The translations under genes and the position numbers were made by a program. From positions 1 to 56,410 of IMG/VR virus record IMGVR_UViG_3300009446_000002: a stretch of DNA of 56,410 nt; one strand, 5' to 3'. The stretch's first letter is position 1, and each line of letters begins with the position of its first letter. This document shows positions 27,628 to 35,831 of the stretch, piece by piece. This DNA comes from a virus. The notes beneath the pieces are model-generated. The model did not search any database. It was not told where the DNA came from and saw nothing but the letters and a program-made list of their open reading frames with translations.

Positions 27628-27869
27628 AGCCAGAACCCAGACCAAAAGAAAAGGGCGACGAATATAAAAATAGAGTAGAAAGACTTAAGAAGATCAATGA
27701 AAAAATAAATTCCAGAATAGGACATAAGGGACTATATAGAAGACTTATAAACGGTAAGTATTTTTCCAGGTCTTCTTCTGAAAAGTCAGAACTTAGCTTA
27801 GTAAAAAAAGCTAACTACGAAGAAGCTATCCAGTTAATATCTATAGAAAACGGTTCACAATATTTATAA
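27495..27869 (+). CDS. Start-codon-less -1-frame ORF (124 codons), probable C-terminal extension of the 26701 gene
   Basis: I translated it codon by codon. There is no stop from 27495 to TAA 27867-27869 and no ATG, GTG or TTG. It is the only open frame across the otherwise ORF-free gap 27628-27887. Its composition looks protein-like. Confidence 0.5.
   Translation: MRRRSNKGTGFYINAGCFKRAFFFAEYQRNLSENPDCKFYFTQVKPEPRPKEKGDEYKNRVERLKKINEKINSRIGHKGLYRRLINGKYFSRSSSEKSELSLVKKANYEEAIQLISIENGSQYL
27557..27566 (+). promoter_or_regulatory. T10 slippery homopolymer (candidate -1 frameshift or transcriptional-slippage site)
   Basis: Read as CTT TTT TTT TTG in the zero frame, which contains U UUU UUU and U UUU UUG heptamers. 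Confidence 0.5.
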
Positions 27870-27887
27870 AAATAATAATCAAAAAAA

Positions 27888-28364
27888 ATGGCAGAACAAA
27901 AAACAAAGGGACAACATTTAGCCGACAATGTTCGACAATTAAAAAGGGCAGCTAAGACTAATGGGCAAAAAGAATATGTAAATAAGTTAGACCACTTTAC
28001 GTCTGTAGTACAGAAGTACGAAATTGAACTTATGTCGATGAACGAAAAACTTTTACAGTTTCGCGAAACGACCAGGAATTCTTATAACATTCTAATAGAG
28101 CAGCAAAACAATAGAGACGGAAACGCGCGACTTAGTTGTCTACAGTTAGCCGCAAACTGTTTTGCGAATCAAAACTTAATACATAAAAATAACGCTGCAG
28201 ACAAAGGCGTAGAAATGCCAGAAGGATTAGTCTTCAATGAAGACACTATTATAACTTTATCCGATCGTTTCTTAGATTATGTAAACGGCGACAAAAAGGA
28301 ACTTCTTATTCCGAACTTAGACGACTTAGAAATTAAGAAGCCTTCTGGAATAATTACAAAATAG
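27888..28364 (+). CDS. Hypothetical protein
   Basis: 158-aa ORF. Confidence 0.55.
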   Translation: MAEQKTKGQHLADNVRQLKRAAKTNGQKEYVNKLDHFTSVVQKYEIELMSMNEKLLQFRETTRNSYNILIEQQNNRDGNARLSCLQLAANCFANQNLIHKNNAADKGVEMPEGLVFNEDTIITLSDRFLDYVNGDKKELLIPNLDDLEIKKPSGIITK

Positions 28365-28371
28365 TTTTAAG

Positions 28372-29151
28372 ATGAAAAAATGTAAGTCTTTAGATTTTAC
28401 GATAAAGCACCTACTTAAGTTTCTAAAAGAAAGCGTTAAGTATTTTCCTACGCCAGAAGGAAATAAAAAGGAAGTAGCCTGTAAGACTATTAATTCTTTC
28501 GTTATGATAGACGGACGAAAAAAAATAGAACTTTCTAACTTCGGAATAGACTTAAAAAAAGCTGCTAATAAGACTTACAGCCTGCTTCCAAAAGCAGGAA
28601 AAGACAGATTCCCTGCAGCTATAGCGAACGTAAGACCACAGGGAAGACTTTCTGGTCTTTTTGGAAGTAATGGTAAAGACTGCAGAACGATCGAATTAAT
28701 GGTAGTCGATGCGATAATAACGGACTGCGATAACTGCGGCTACTGTGGAAGTAGAAACGACTTCGAAATTCATTGCGATACTTCCGAACTTCTTAAACAT
28801 TGGCTTAATTATTTGTCGCAGATTTGCTGCGCTATTCCGTGGAAACGAAATAAGGAAACAGGTTACAAAGAATATACTACGGAAGAATGGGAATGGGTTT
28901 CTAAGCCTATGCTTAATAAATTAAAATCCGAAGGAATCATAGATGGCTACGACTTAGATAAAACCTTAACAGGAAAGCTGCAGCAGTCTTTAGATAAAAA
29001 TAACCTAAGCGCTGCTGCTACAGATTGGACAGACGGGAAAAAGTATTACGGGCGCTATTTGGAAATTACATTCTGCGAAAAACTTAAATGTATAGAAAGA
29101 GAATTCGAAGTTTCAGAAACAAAAAAGACACTCATTAGCGAATGCTGTTAG
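28372..29151 (+). CDS. Hypothetical Cys-rich protein
   Basis: 259 aa with a DCDNCGYCGS...HCD cluster. Confidence 0.55.
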   Translation: MKKCKSLDFTIKHLLKFLKESVKYFPTPEGNKKEVACKTINSFVMIDGRKKIELSNFGIDLKKAANKTYSLLPKAGKDRFPAAIANVRPQGRLSGLFGSNGKDCRTIELMVVDAIITDCDNCGYCGSRNDFEIHCDTSELLKHWLNYLSQICCAIPWKRNKETGYKEYTTEEWEWVSKPMLNKLKSEGIIDGYDLDKTLTGKLQQSLDKNNLSAAATDWTDGKKYYGRYLEITFCEKLKCIEREFEVSETKKTLISECC

Positions 29152-29726
29152 AACTAATAAATAAAGCAATAGAAGAAAAACTGGAAATTTTTCTTAAAAA
29201 GGTAGTCGAAGAAATTCGCGAACAGATCAAATTACAGGGACACGAATTAACAGGAAGCCTTTCTAATTCTGTTCGTTATGAAATAAAGAAATTTCCTTCT
29301 ATAGTCCAGGGGCTTATTTTTATGGCAGATTATGGAACTTATGTAGACGCTGGTGTAGGTGCTTCGCGAATTCCTTTTTCTGGTACTGCTGCACCTGGCC
29401 AGGGACAGAAAGGAAAAACTTCTAAATATATCCAAGGCTTACAGGCTTTCTGGATGCTTAAGAAAAACCTTACAGAAAAGGAAGCGCTTTCTGCAGCTTT
29501 CGCTACAGCTAAGAAGCACAAAAAGGAAGGAATGCCAACAGCGAATTCTAAGAAGTTTTCTTTTGCGCAGAATAATAAGAGAACAGGGTTTCTGGACGAT
29601 GCTATAGATAACTTAACAGAAGAATTAGAAGTTTTAAATAATGATATTGGAAAAGAATTAAGTTTAGCTATTACGAATGTAATTTCGCGACGCGTTTTAG
29701 AATTCGAAAGAACTAATATTATTTAA
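29142..29726 (+). CDS. HK97-gp10-like head-tail/tail-completion protein (tentative)
   Basis: GHELTGSLSNSVRYEI...LIFMADYGTYVDAGVG resembles the gp10-family dTG.L..Si...Ya.yvE.G pattern. Confidence 0.4.
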   Translation: MLLELINKAIEEKLEIFLKKVVEEIREQIKLQGHELTGSLSNSVRYEIKKFPSIVQGLIFMADYGTYVDAGVGASRIPFSGTAAPGQGQKGKTSKYIQGLQAFWMLKKNLTEKEALSAAFATAKKHKKEGMPTANSKKFSFAQNNKRTGFLDDAIDNLTEELEVLNNDIGKELSLAITNVISRRVLEFERTNII

Positions 29727-30097
29727 TGCAATGGAAGCCAATTATAGAAACTTACGGCGCCTACTCTATTTCTTCGAATGGTGTAGCAAGATCAGAACTG
29801 CGACAGGGAATAAATTCTAACGGTAAAAAGTTTACTGTTCGACAGAAGTATTTAAAACCTTATATAGTAAGTTCTAATTATTATATGGTAGCGCTTAGGA
29901 TAAACGGGCAGACTGTTCGAAGATATATTCATAGATTAGTAGCTATAGAACACGTTTTAAACCCAGACCCAGAAACTTATAAATATGTAGACCATATTAA
30001 CGGAAAAAAAAGAGATAACAGGGCAGAAAATCTGCGCTGGTGTACACAAAAGCAAAATTTAAAATTCGCACGAAATGGCAAAGCAAAGAAGAAATAA
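29726..30097 (+). CDS. HNH homing endonuclease (NUMOD4-like N-terminus)
   Basis: WKPI...YSISSNGVARS and HRLVAIEHVLNP...VDHINGKKRDNRAENLRWCTQKQN are the classic HNH_3 pattern. Confidence 0.9.
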   Translation: MQWKPIIETYGAYSISSNGVARSELRQGINSNGKKFTVRQKYLKPYIVSSNYYMVALRINGQTVRRYIHRLVAIEHVLNPDPETYKYVDHINGKKRDNRAENLRWCTQKQNLKFARNGKAKKK

Positions 30098-30677
30098 AAA
30101 AAGTGAAGTAGTAGTTTACGAAACAGACATAGAGGACTTAAAATTCGATACCCAGAATGTAAATAAGCATACTTCGCGCGGAATGGAATTACTGGGAAAA
30201 TCTATCGAAGAATTTGGCGCTGGAAGATCAGTATTAACTTCTTCGGACGGCGTTTTAATCGCAGGAAATGGAGTCGTAGAAAAAGCGAAAGAAAGCGGCT
30301 ACACGAAAGTAATAACTATCGAAACGGACGGAACTACTTTAGTAAACGTAAAACGAACAGACATTAAGGCGAAGTCTAAGAAAGCTAAGAACTTAGCTTT
30401 AGCCGACAATAGAGTAGCGCAAACGAATTTATTTTTCGACTACGATAAAATAAAAGAACTATATTCCTATAATGACTTAGCGAAATTCGACCTACAGAAC
30501 TTATTCGGAGCCGAAGGCGGTGGAACTTCTGCGCCTTCTTCTGGTTCTTCTACAGGGTCTACAGATACTTCGGGCGAACTTTGTATTTTGATAATATGCG
30601 ATTCCCTAAAAGACCAGGAAGAAAGTTATAGAGATTTAAAAAAAGCTGGCTACGAAGTAGAGATTTACGCCAGGTAA
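30075..30677 (+). CDS. ParB N-terminal-domain-like protein
   Basis: DIEDLKFDTQNVNKHT...SIEEFGAGRSVLTSSDGVLIAGNGVVEKAKESGY...LALADNR fits a ParB/Srx-like fold pattern. Confidence 0.6.
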   Translation: MAKQRRNKKSEVVVYETDIEDLKFDTQNVNKHTSRGMELLGKSIEEFGAGRSVLTSSDGVLIAGNGVVEKAKESGYTKVITIETDGTTLVNVKRTDIKAKSKKAKNLALADNRVAQTNLFFDYDKIKELYSYNDLAKFDLQNLFGAEGGGTSAPSSGSSTGSTDTSGELCILIICDSLKDQEESYRDLKKAGYEVEIYAR

Positions 30678-30707
30678 AGAATTCTTTTTTGTTTTGTTCA
30701 ACGAATG

Positions 30708-30741
30708 ACCCAGTTAAAACGCTTGTTTTGCTGGGTTTTTT
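30708..30741 (+). terminator. Rho-independent terminator
   Basis: ACCCAG..AAAAC pairs with GTTTT..CTGGGT in a bulged stem, followed by T6. Confidence 0.55.
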
Positions 30742-30794
30742 ACGTTATTCGGCTTATAATGTTGTTATTTGCTACATTATTACATATGTTTACA

Positions 30795-30802
30795 TATATT
30801 TG
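30795..30802 (+). promoter_or_regulatory. -7 promoter box TATATTTG with an upstream TTTG at 30768-30771, 6 nt before GTG 30808
   Basis: Exact TAnnTTTG. A possible -33 TTTG lies 23 nt upstream. Confidence 0.35.
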
Positions 30803-30807
30803 TAAAA

Positions 30808-31032
30808 GTGAAGCATAGAATTATATATTCAATAAACAAAAAAAGAAAAGTCTTTTACTTTATTCGAAAGCCAATTCCAGAAAGCCTTTACTGCGAAGAA
30901 CTATCTACGATTTTAGTAGCTTCTAAAAAGTACAAATATTTCTTAGATCAGCTTAATAGAAAAAACCTTTTTTTAAGCTTCTTAAAAAGAACTAAGACTA
31001 TAACCGAAAAGGATTATTTAAACCTATTATAA
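30808..31032 (+). CDS. Hypothetical basic protein (GTG start; low confidence)
   Basis: Same frame as track ORF 30769 (TTG start). GTG 30808 sits at the spacing from the -7 box seen at other promoters here. Confidence 0.3.
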   Translation: MKHRIIYSINKKRKVFYFIRKPIPESLYCEELSTILVASKKYKYFLDQLNRKNLFLSFLKRTKTITEKDYLNLL

Positions 31033-31050
31033 AACACATAAATTTTAAAG

Positions 31051-31269
31051 ATGATAATTAAGAGATACGAAAAAGAATACGAAGATTTTTTAGCTGAATG
31101 CGAAGCTATGGGAACGCTGGCTTCCGACGGAAAAAAAAGTAATGATAATATCATAGTTTTCGAAGATCGCGACGAAACAGTAAAAGCGCTTCCTGTAGTA
31201 GCTAAATATTTTAGTATGTTTAGCGTAGACATACCTTTAGGAAGAATCACATTAGTAAGCAGTAAATAA
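31051..31269 (+). CDS. Hypothetical protein
   Basis: 72-aa ORF. Confidence 0.45.
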   Translation: MIIKRYEKEYEDFLAECEAMGTLASDGKKSNDNIIVFEDRDETVKALPVVAKYFSMFSVDIPLGRITLVSSK

Positions 31270-31278
31270 ATAATATAA

Positions 31279-31306
31279 GCCAGGTGCTTAGGCTCCTGGT
31301 ATTTTA
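31279..31306 (+). terminator. Weak hairpin plus T-rich tail
   Basis: CCAGG.GC pairs with GC.CCTGG, followed by TATTTT. Confidence 0.3.
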
Positions 31307-31324
31307 AACCTAAAATAAATATTT

Positions 31325-31504
31325 ATGAAAACTATTAAAGACGCTGTTATCCATTATTTGAAATTAAAAGGGTTTTTGAATCCAACAGAAAAAGAAATAG
31401 CCGAAAACCACAAATTTTTTAATAAAAGATTTAAGGGAAATTTCGAAAAAGCTAAAAAGTATGTAAATAATTTCGAATATAATCTTTGCCCTAATCAATT
31501 CTAA
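31325..31504 (+). CDS. Hypothetical 59-aa protein (below the track cut-off)
   Basis: Translated by eye: MKTIKDAVIHYLKLKGF...NLCPNQF. Fills an otherwise empty gap. Confidence 0.35.
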   Translation: MKTIKDAVIHYLKLKGFLNPTEKEIAENHKFFNKRFKGNFEKAKKYVNNFEYNLCPNQF

Positions 31505-31530
31505 TTTTTTAACCTAAAATAATACACGAA

Positions 31531-31956
31531 ATGAATTACGTATTTTTAAACGGGAACATAGGAAAGGAACCCAGAACAAAGACCTTCGATAATGGCGGAA
31601 GTAAGACCCGTCTTTCTTTAGCTACCAGCAGAAGCTACAAAGATAAGTCTGGCGAATGGCAGCAAGAAACTCAATGGCATTCAGTAGACGGCTACGGATA
31701 TATTTCTAAGACTATGCAGAAGCTACAGAAAGGCGACAGCGCGACTATATTCGGGCGCCTGGTTTATGAGTCTTACGAAACCAACGAAGGGCAGAAGAAG
31801 ACCGTCGCAATAGTAAACGCTACTAAGGTAGTAATTCACAAAAAAGGAAATTACGTAGAACCTTCTACGATCGGAACGGGTTCTGCAGAAACAGACTTCG
31901 GAATGCCAGTAGAAAACGCCCCTGCAAATCCTTCACCAGAAAGCGACTTCGAATAA
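31531..31956 (+). CDS. ssb: Single-stranded DNA-binding protein
   Basis: NYVFLNGNIGKEPRTKTF...SLATSRSYKDKSGEWQQETQWHSV...LQKGDSATIFGRLVYESYE is the canonical OB-fold SSB pattern. Gly/Pro-rich tail ending in an acidic DFE. Confidence 0.85.
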   Translation: MNYVFLNGNIGKEPRTKTFDNGGSKTRLSLATSRSYKDKSGEWQQETQWHSVDGYGYISKTMQKLQKGDSATIFGRLVYESYETNEGQKKTVAIVNATKVVIHKKGNYVEPSTIGTGSAETDFGMPVENAPANPSPESDFE

Positions 31957-32162
31957 TGGATATTTCCTACATAATCGACGAATTAGAAGTTTCTGTAACG
32001 ATCAAAAAAGAAGGCTTAATAGCTACCTTAGAAATTCCTACAGAAGAACTTACGCCGCCTACCGCAAAAAATATAGAACATTGGATAGCAGACAACGAAC
32101 CAGAATTAGAATTTTTAGAGCCGCGACATTATAGCTGCGGACACGACGAAACGCTTAATTAA
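31956..32162 (+). CDS. Hypothetical protein
   Basis: TAATG overlap with the upstream stop. 68 aa. Confidence 0.45.
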   Translation: MDISYIIDELEVSVTIKKEGLIATLEIPTEELTPPTAKNIEHWIADNEPELEFLEPRHYSCGHDETLN

Positions 32163-32184
32163 TAAAACCTTTAATAATTTAAAA

Positions 32185-33312
32185 ATGTCAGATACAAACT
32201 TAAAAGAAAAAGAAGTTATAAAGCCCGAAGTAAAATTCGAAACGGATATAGAAGCTAACTACGAAACTTACAAAGCGAAGCAGCTTAAAGTTTTAGAAGA
32301 ATTTCCATTTATAGAAGCGAAGAATTCTGCTTCTTACGACTTAGCTAAGAAAGCGCGAACAGCTTTAAGAACTGCCAGAACTTCTATTCAGAATGAAGAA
32401 AAGGATATTATTTCTAATATTACTTCTTACGTAAAAGGAAAGAAATTAGGAATACGCGCTTTAGCCAATAAGCTTATAGATATTACAAAGGCAGCAGAAC
32501 AGAAGCAGCAGGATTCCGTTACTGAATACGAAGCGCTTTTAGAGCAAAAAAAGCAGGCAAAAATTCGCGAAGAAGAACTTCGTAAGAAGGAACATTTAGA
32601 CAAAATTTCTAATTTCGAAAGTTACCACGAAGAAAGAGTCGAATTAATGACTTTAGAGACAGCGAAGGTGTTTTCCGAAAATATGAAAGACGATATTACG
32701 AAGCTGGAAGAACACGACTTCGAAGAATTTAATTTGCAGGCAGAATCCGCAATAGGAATAATAAAGGAAAAGTATAAGAAGAAATATACGGACTTAGTAA
32801 AGGCGGACGAAGCAGAAAAGGAAGCGAAAAGAGTAGCGGAAGAAGCTAAAAGATTAGCTGCAGAAAAAGAAAAGCACGACGCGGAAAGGGCGGCTTTTGA
32901 AGCAGAAAAAGAAGCGTTCGAAAAAGAGAAGAAAGAAAAGGAAGAAGCGGAAGCTGCGAAGATCGCAGAAGAACAAGCGAAAAAATTAAAAGAAGCCCAG
33001 AACAATAGACCTGCAGGCGAAGACCTTTCTAAAAGGATTCAGACGCCTACGACTTCTTCTGGTCCTGCAGTTTCTACTTCTACAATAGCAGCACCTAAGA
33101 AGATTATAGTAGAGCCGAAGCAGGAAGCCTTAGACCAGGTAGCCTTAAAAGATAAGAAGATTATTTCTTCCTATTTGACTTCTGCTTTACCAGAAGTAAG
33201 CTTCCCAGAAGGTCTTTCTGTCCAGGGAAGGGCTATCTGCGACGACTTAGAAAAAGACTTACTGGACTTTTCTTTGATATTAAGAACGAAGTTTAATAAA
33301 TACTTTGAATAA
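32185..33312 (+). CDS. Coiled-coil Ala/Glu/Lys-rich protein
   Basis: 375 aa with a long EAEKEAKRVAEEAKRLAAEKEK-type segment. Confidence 0.55.
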   Translation: MSDTNLKEKEVIKPEVKFETDIEANYETYKAKQLKVLEEFPFIEAKNSASYDLAKKARTALRTARTSIQNEEKDIISNITSYVKGKKLGIRALANKLIDITKAAEQKQQDSVTEYEALLEQKKQAKIREEELRKKEHLDKISNFESYHEERVELMTLETAKVFSENMKDDITKLEEHDFEEFNLQAESAIGIIKEKYKKKYTDLVKADEAEKEAKRVAEEAKRLAAEKEKHDAERAAFEAEKEAFEKEKKEKEEAEAAKIAEEQAKKLKEAQNNRPAGEDLSKRIQTPTTSSGPAVSTSTIAAPKKIIVEPKQEALDQVALKDKKIISSYLTSALPEVSFPEGLSVQGRAICDDLEKDLLDFSLILRTKFNKYFE

Positions 33313-33529
33313 AATACAGGTAATAGAACTATGCTACAGGTTCTTTATTCAAGCTACACAAAGAAGGGAAGGCGAAGAAAACAAATGCTTTATAATTGTA
33401 CCAGAAAAATTCTACGACATTATTTATAATAAGCCAGTCGCCTTCCCTTACTTAATTTTTAACGGCGTTACAGTCACCTTAATAAGATTAAAAACAAATT
33501 ATTTTTTCGCAGTATGGATAAAGGAATAA
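33305..33529 (+). CDS. Hypothetical protein (TTG start; uncertain)
   Basis: No in-frame ATG. Confidence 0.3.
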   Translation: MNKIQVIELCYRFFIQATQRREGEENKCFIIVPEKFYDIIYNKPVAFPYLIFNGVTVTLIRLKTNYFFAVWIKE

Positions 33530-33729
33530 ACTTAGGAGAAGACGAACCTAACTGCTTAGCAGTTTACGAAGAATACAAAGCTAAGCAGAAGTCTAAGGGA
33601 AGGAAGATCGAAGATTATATAATTTTTAAAGGCGTCTACTTAGCTTTTCAAAATGTTAAGGCTGGAAAGAAAAGCGGATTTATAATTCCAGAACCAAAAT
33701 TCGAACAAACAAAACTTAATTTAGAATGA
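33514..33729 (+). CDS. Hypothetical protein
   Basis: 71-aa ORF. Confidence 0.45.
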   Translation: MDKGINLGEDEPNCLAVYEEYKAKQKSKGRKIEDYIIFKGVYLAFQNVKAGKKSGFIIPEPKFEQTKLNLE

Positions 33730-34064
33730 GATCAATAAAAGAAACAGTAGGAAGCGAAATTTCAGAAGGCTTTATAGAATGGATAAAGAACGCCAGCAGC
33801 GAAGTTCTTTTAGAAATGGAAGAAGTACAAGAATTTACCAGGCAGATAGATATGTCCAGGAACAGAATTAGTATTTTAGAAAAAGCCAGAAATCACAAAG
33901 TTTATCTTCTACTAATGGATTACCGTTCTGTAGGAGTTAGACAAATTAGAAATAATCCTAAAAAGTGCTGCGAATTACCAGCTTACGTTCCTACAAAGTT
34001 CTGCGACAGCGAATTAAATAATACTGCCTGTAAGAATTGCGGCTATCAGTTCTATTCTAACTAA
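33726..34064 (+). CDS. Hypothetical protein with C-terminal Cys-rich (zinc-ribbon-like) tail
   Basis: ATGA overlap with the upstream stop. Contains KKCCELP...FCDSELNNTACKNCGY. Confidence 0.5.
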   Translation: MRSIKETVGSEISEGFIEWIKNASSEVLLEMEEVQEFTRQIDMSRNRISILEKARNHKVYLLLMDYRSVGVRQIRNNPKKCCELPAYVPTKFCDSELNNTACKNCGYQFYSN

Positions 34065-34083
34065 TATATTAAAACGATCAACT

Positions 34084-34167
34084 ATGTACGAATTTTTATT
34101 TAAGCTTACTGTAGCTGCTATATGTGCTTACTGTGTCTATTTTATCTATAAAGAAGAAGCATGGTAA
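34084..34167 (+). CDS. 27-aa hydrophobic peptide (speculative)
   Basis: MYEFLFKLTVAAICAYCVYFIYKEEAW, translated by eye. Overlaps the next start codon. Confidence 0.25.
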   Translation: MYEFLFKLTVAAICAYCVYFIYKEEAW

Positions 34168-34553
34168 AGGGATTCGAAGAAATAACTGCGCCACTAACGG
34201 AAAAGGAAAAGAATATCTTCCTTCCTATGGTTCGCAGAATTTTAGTTCATAGGATAGGCGAAGACTACGCTATAACGAATTTTGGAATTCGGGACATTTG
34301 CTTAGCGAACGAAGTTAAAATTTCTTCTGCCCAGGTTCGTAAGGTCGTTAATATTTTGCGCCGCCTGGGTCTTCCTACAGGAATTCTTATAGCTGGTCGT
34401 GCTGGTTATTGGGTAGAGACAGACGAAAAAAAAATTAATAACTGGCTGGAAGGAATGGAAGAACGCGTTTCTATAATGGCTTCTTCTATTAGTGCAGTCC
34501 GAAGACAGAAGTTAGAATTAAAAAATAATGTTCAATTAAAACTTTTTCAATGA
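34161..34553 (+). CDS. Hypothetical protein, possibly winged-helix DNA-binding
   Basis: ISSAQVRKVVNILRRLGLPTGILIAGRAGYWVETDE resembles a wHTH recognition helix plus wing. Confidence 0.5.
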   Translation: MVKGFEEITAPLTEKEKNIFLPMVRRILVHRIGEDYAITNFGIRDICLANEVKISSAQVRKVVNILRRLGLPTGILIAGRAGYWVETDEKKINNWLEGMEERVSIMASSISAVRRQKLELKNNVQLKLFQ

Positions 34554-34678
34554 AAGAAGACCAAAAAAAAGCAGTTATAAATTTCTTACAATCTATAGGC
34601 TGTCTTATTTTATTCGTACTATTTATTTCTTTAATCTTAAAAAGCTGCGGAACCTTAATAGGAACTTTTGGCTTCTAA
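34550..34678 (+). CDS. 42-aa single-TM peptide (speculative)
   Basis: MKEDQKKAVINFLQSIGCLILFVLFISLILKSCGTLIGTFGF. ATGA overlap with the upstream stop. Confidence 0.3.
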   Translation: MKEDQKKAVINFLQSIGCLILFVLFISLILKSCGTLIGTFGF

Positions 34679-34687
34679 AAAATACTT

Positions 34688-35059
34688 ATGAAAAATTTGA
34701 TTACACTACTTTTTATTTTTAATTCGATCGCCTCTTATTCTCAATTCCATGAAAGCAGAAGTATTCTTAATCCAGGTTATTATTCTGCCTCTACCTACTG
34801 CGGCTGTGGAAATTTTACCTACGATAAAAAGACCTGGGCGGAAAGACATAAAATAATAGATTCTAAGAATTATGTAGAGAATCCGAAATATAAAATAAGT
34901 GAAGCCCAACAGTTTTATTATTTAAAAGCAGTATATATTTTATTCGAACAGAACGTAAGGCTTCCTAAAACTGTTTCTGAATTGGAGCAAAAAATTCAAA
35001 GCGGCGCTTATATTATCTATGGCATTTTTCCATATAAGAAAAAGGTAGGAAGGGTTTAA
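34688..35059 (+). CDS. Exported hypothetical protein (signal peptide, Gln at +1)
   Basis: N-terminus MKNLITLLFIFNSIASYS|Q. Confidence 0.55.
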   Translation: MKNLITLLFIFNSIASYSQFHESRSILNPGYYSASTYCGCGNFTYDKKTWAERHKIIDSKNYVENPKYKISEAQQFYYLKAVYILFEQNVRLPKTVSELEQKIQSGAYIIYGIFPYKKKVGRV

Positions 35060-35060
35060 A

Positions 35061-35234
35061 ATGAAGAAGAAGAAAACACCAATAACAGGAAGCCATAATC
35101 TTTCCTACGAAGTAGCATTTAAGACCTGGCAGCGCGAAGGAAAGAAAGGTCTTCTTCGCTTAATGAATTCGCCGACTGAATGGATAGTAGATAAAATTAC
35201 TTTAAGATTTATAAACGAAAAATTAAATAAATGA
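35061..35234 (+). CDS. Hypothetical 57-aa protein
   Basis: Translated by eye. Its stop overlaps the next start (ATGA). Confidence 0.35.
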   Translation: MKKKKTPITGSHNLSYEVAFKTWQREGKKGLLRLMNSPTEWIVDKITLRFINEKLNK

Positions 35235-35425
35235 AATTACAGGATAGATTAAAAGCAGCAGATAAGCTTATTTTAGAATTTCAGTCTATGCGACTTCTAC
35301 AGAAGAAGTACTTTAATGAAGGTCGGGAATATAAAGTCTTAAACCAATCTAAGGCGCAGGAGAAAAAAGTCGATCAAATGATAGGCGAATACAATAACAA
35401 CGAAATACAGGGGCGGCTATGGTAG
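35231..35425 (+). CDS. Hypothetical protein
   Basis: 64-aa ORF. Confidence 0.45.
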   Translation: MKLQDRLKAADKLILEFQSMRLLQKKYFNEGREYKVLNQSKAQEKKVDQMIGEYNNNEIQGRLW

Positions 35426-35658
35426 ACAAAGAAGTAAAAGTATTAAGTAAGACTAAGCCTACTTTGATATCTGCAGGAATGCGCTTTCAGTTCGTTAACA
35501 AAAAGGGAAGGCTGGATTATTTTAAAGTCTTAGAAGTAGATGAAAAGAACGACGCTATTAAAATTCTTCATTCTTCAAACGAAGAATTTATTAAGCAGCT
35601 TTCCAGGGTGCAGGCTCAAATAGAAAAAAGCAATTTGCTAGAATATAAAACTGTTTAG
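35419..35658 (+). CDS. Hypothetical protein
   Basis: 79-aa ORF. Confidence 0.45.
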   Translation: MVDKEVKVLSKTKPTLISAGMRFQFVNKKGRLDYFKVLEVDEKNDAIKILHSSNEEFIKQLSRVQAQIEKSNLLEYKTV

Positions 35659-35660
35659 TT

Positions 35661-35831
35661 ATGCTTTATTTATTTGTCTTAGAATATTTAGGAAAAAAGA
35701 TAGTTCGAAGATTCAGTCTTAATTCGGACCTGCAGGCTTTAGAATATGGAATAATAATAGAGAACGCTACAGGCTTCGAAGTAGTTTATATTACGGATAA
35801 ATATTTAAAAGAAATTTTAAGAAAGCAATGA
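35661..35831 (+). CDS. Hypothetical 56-aa protein
   Basis: Translated by eye. ATGA overlap with the next gene. Confidence 0.35.
   Translation: MLYLFVLEYLGKKIVRRFSLNSDLQALEYGIIIENATGFEVVYITDKYLKEILRKQ

Noticed and set aside
30769-31032. The track ORF starting at TTG 30769
   Set aside because: That start lies upstream of the only promoter-like box in the gap, in AT-rich post-terminator sequence. If the ORF is real, GTG 30808 is the more plausible start, and even that has low confidence.
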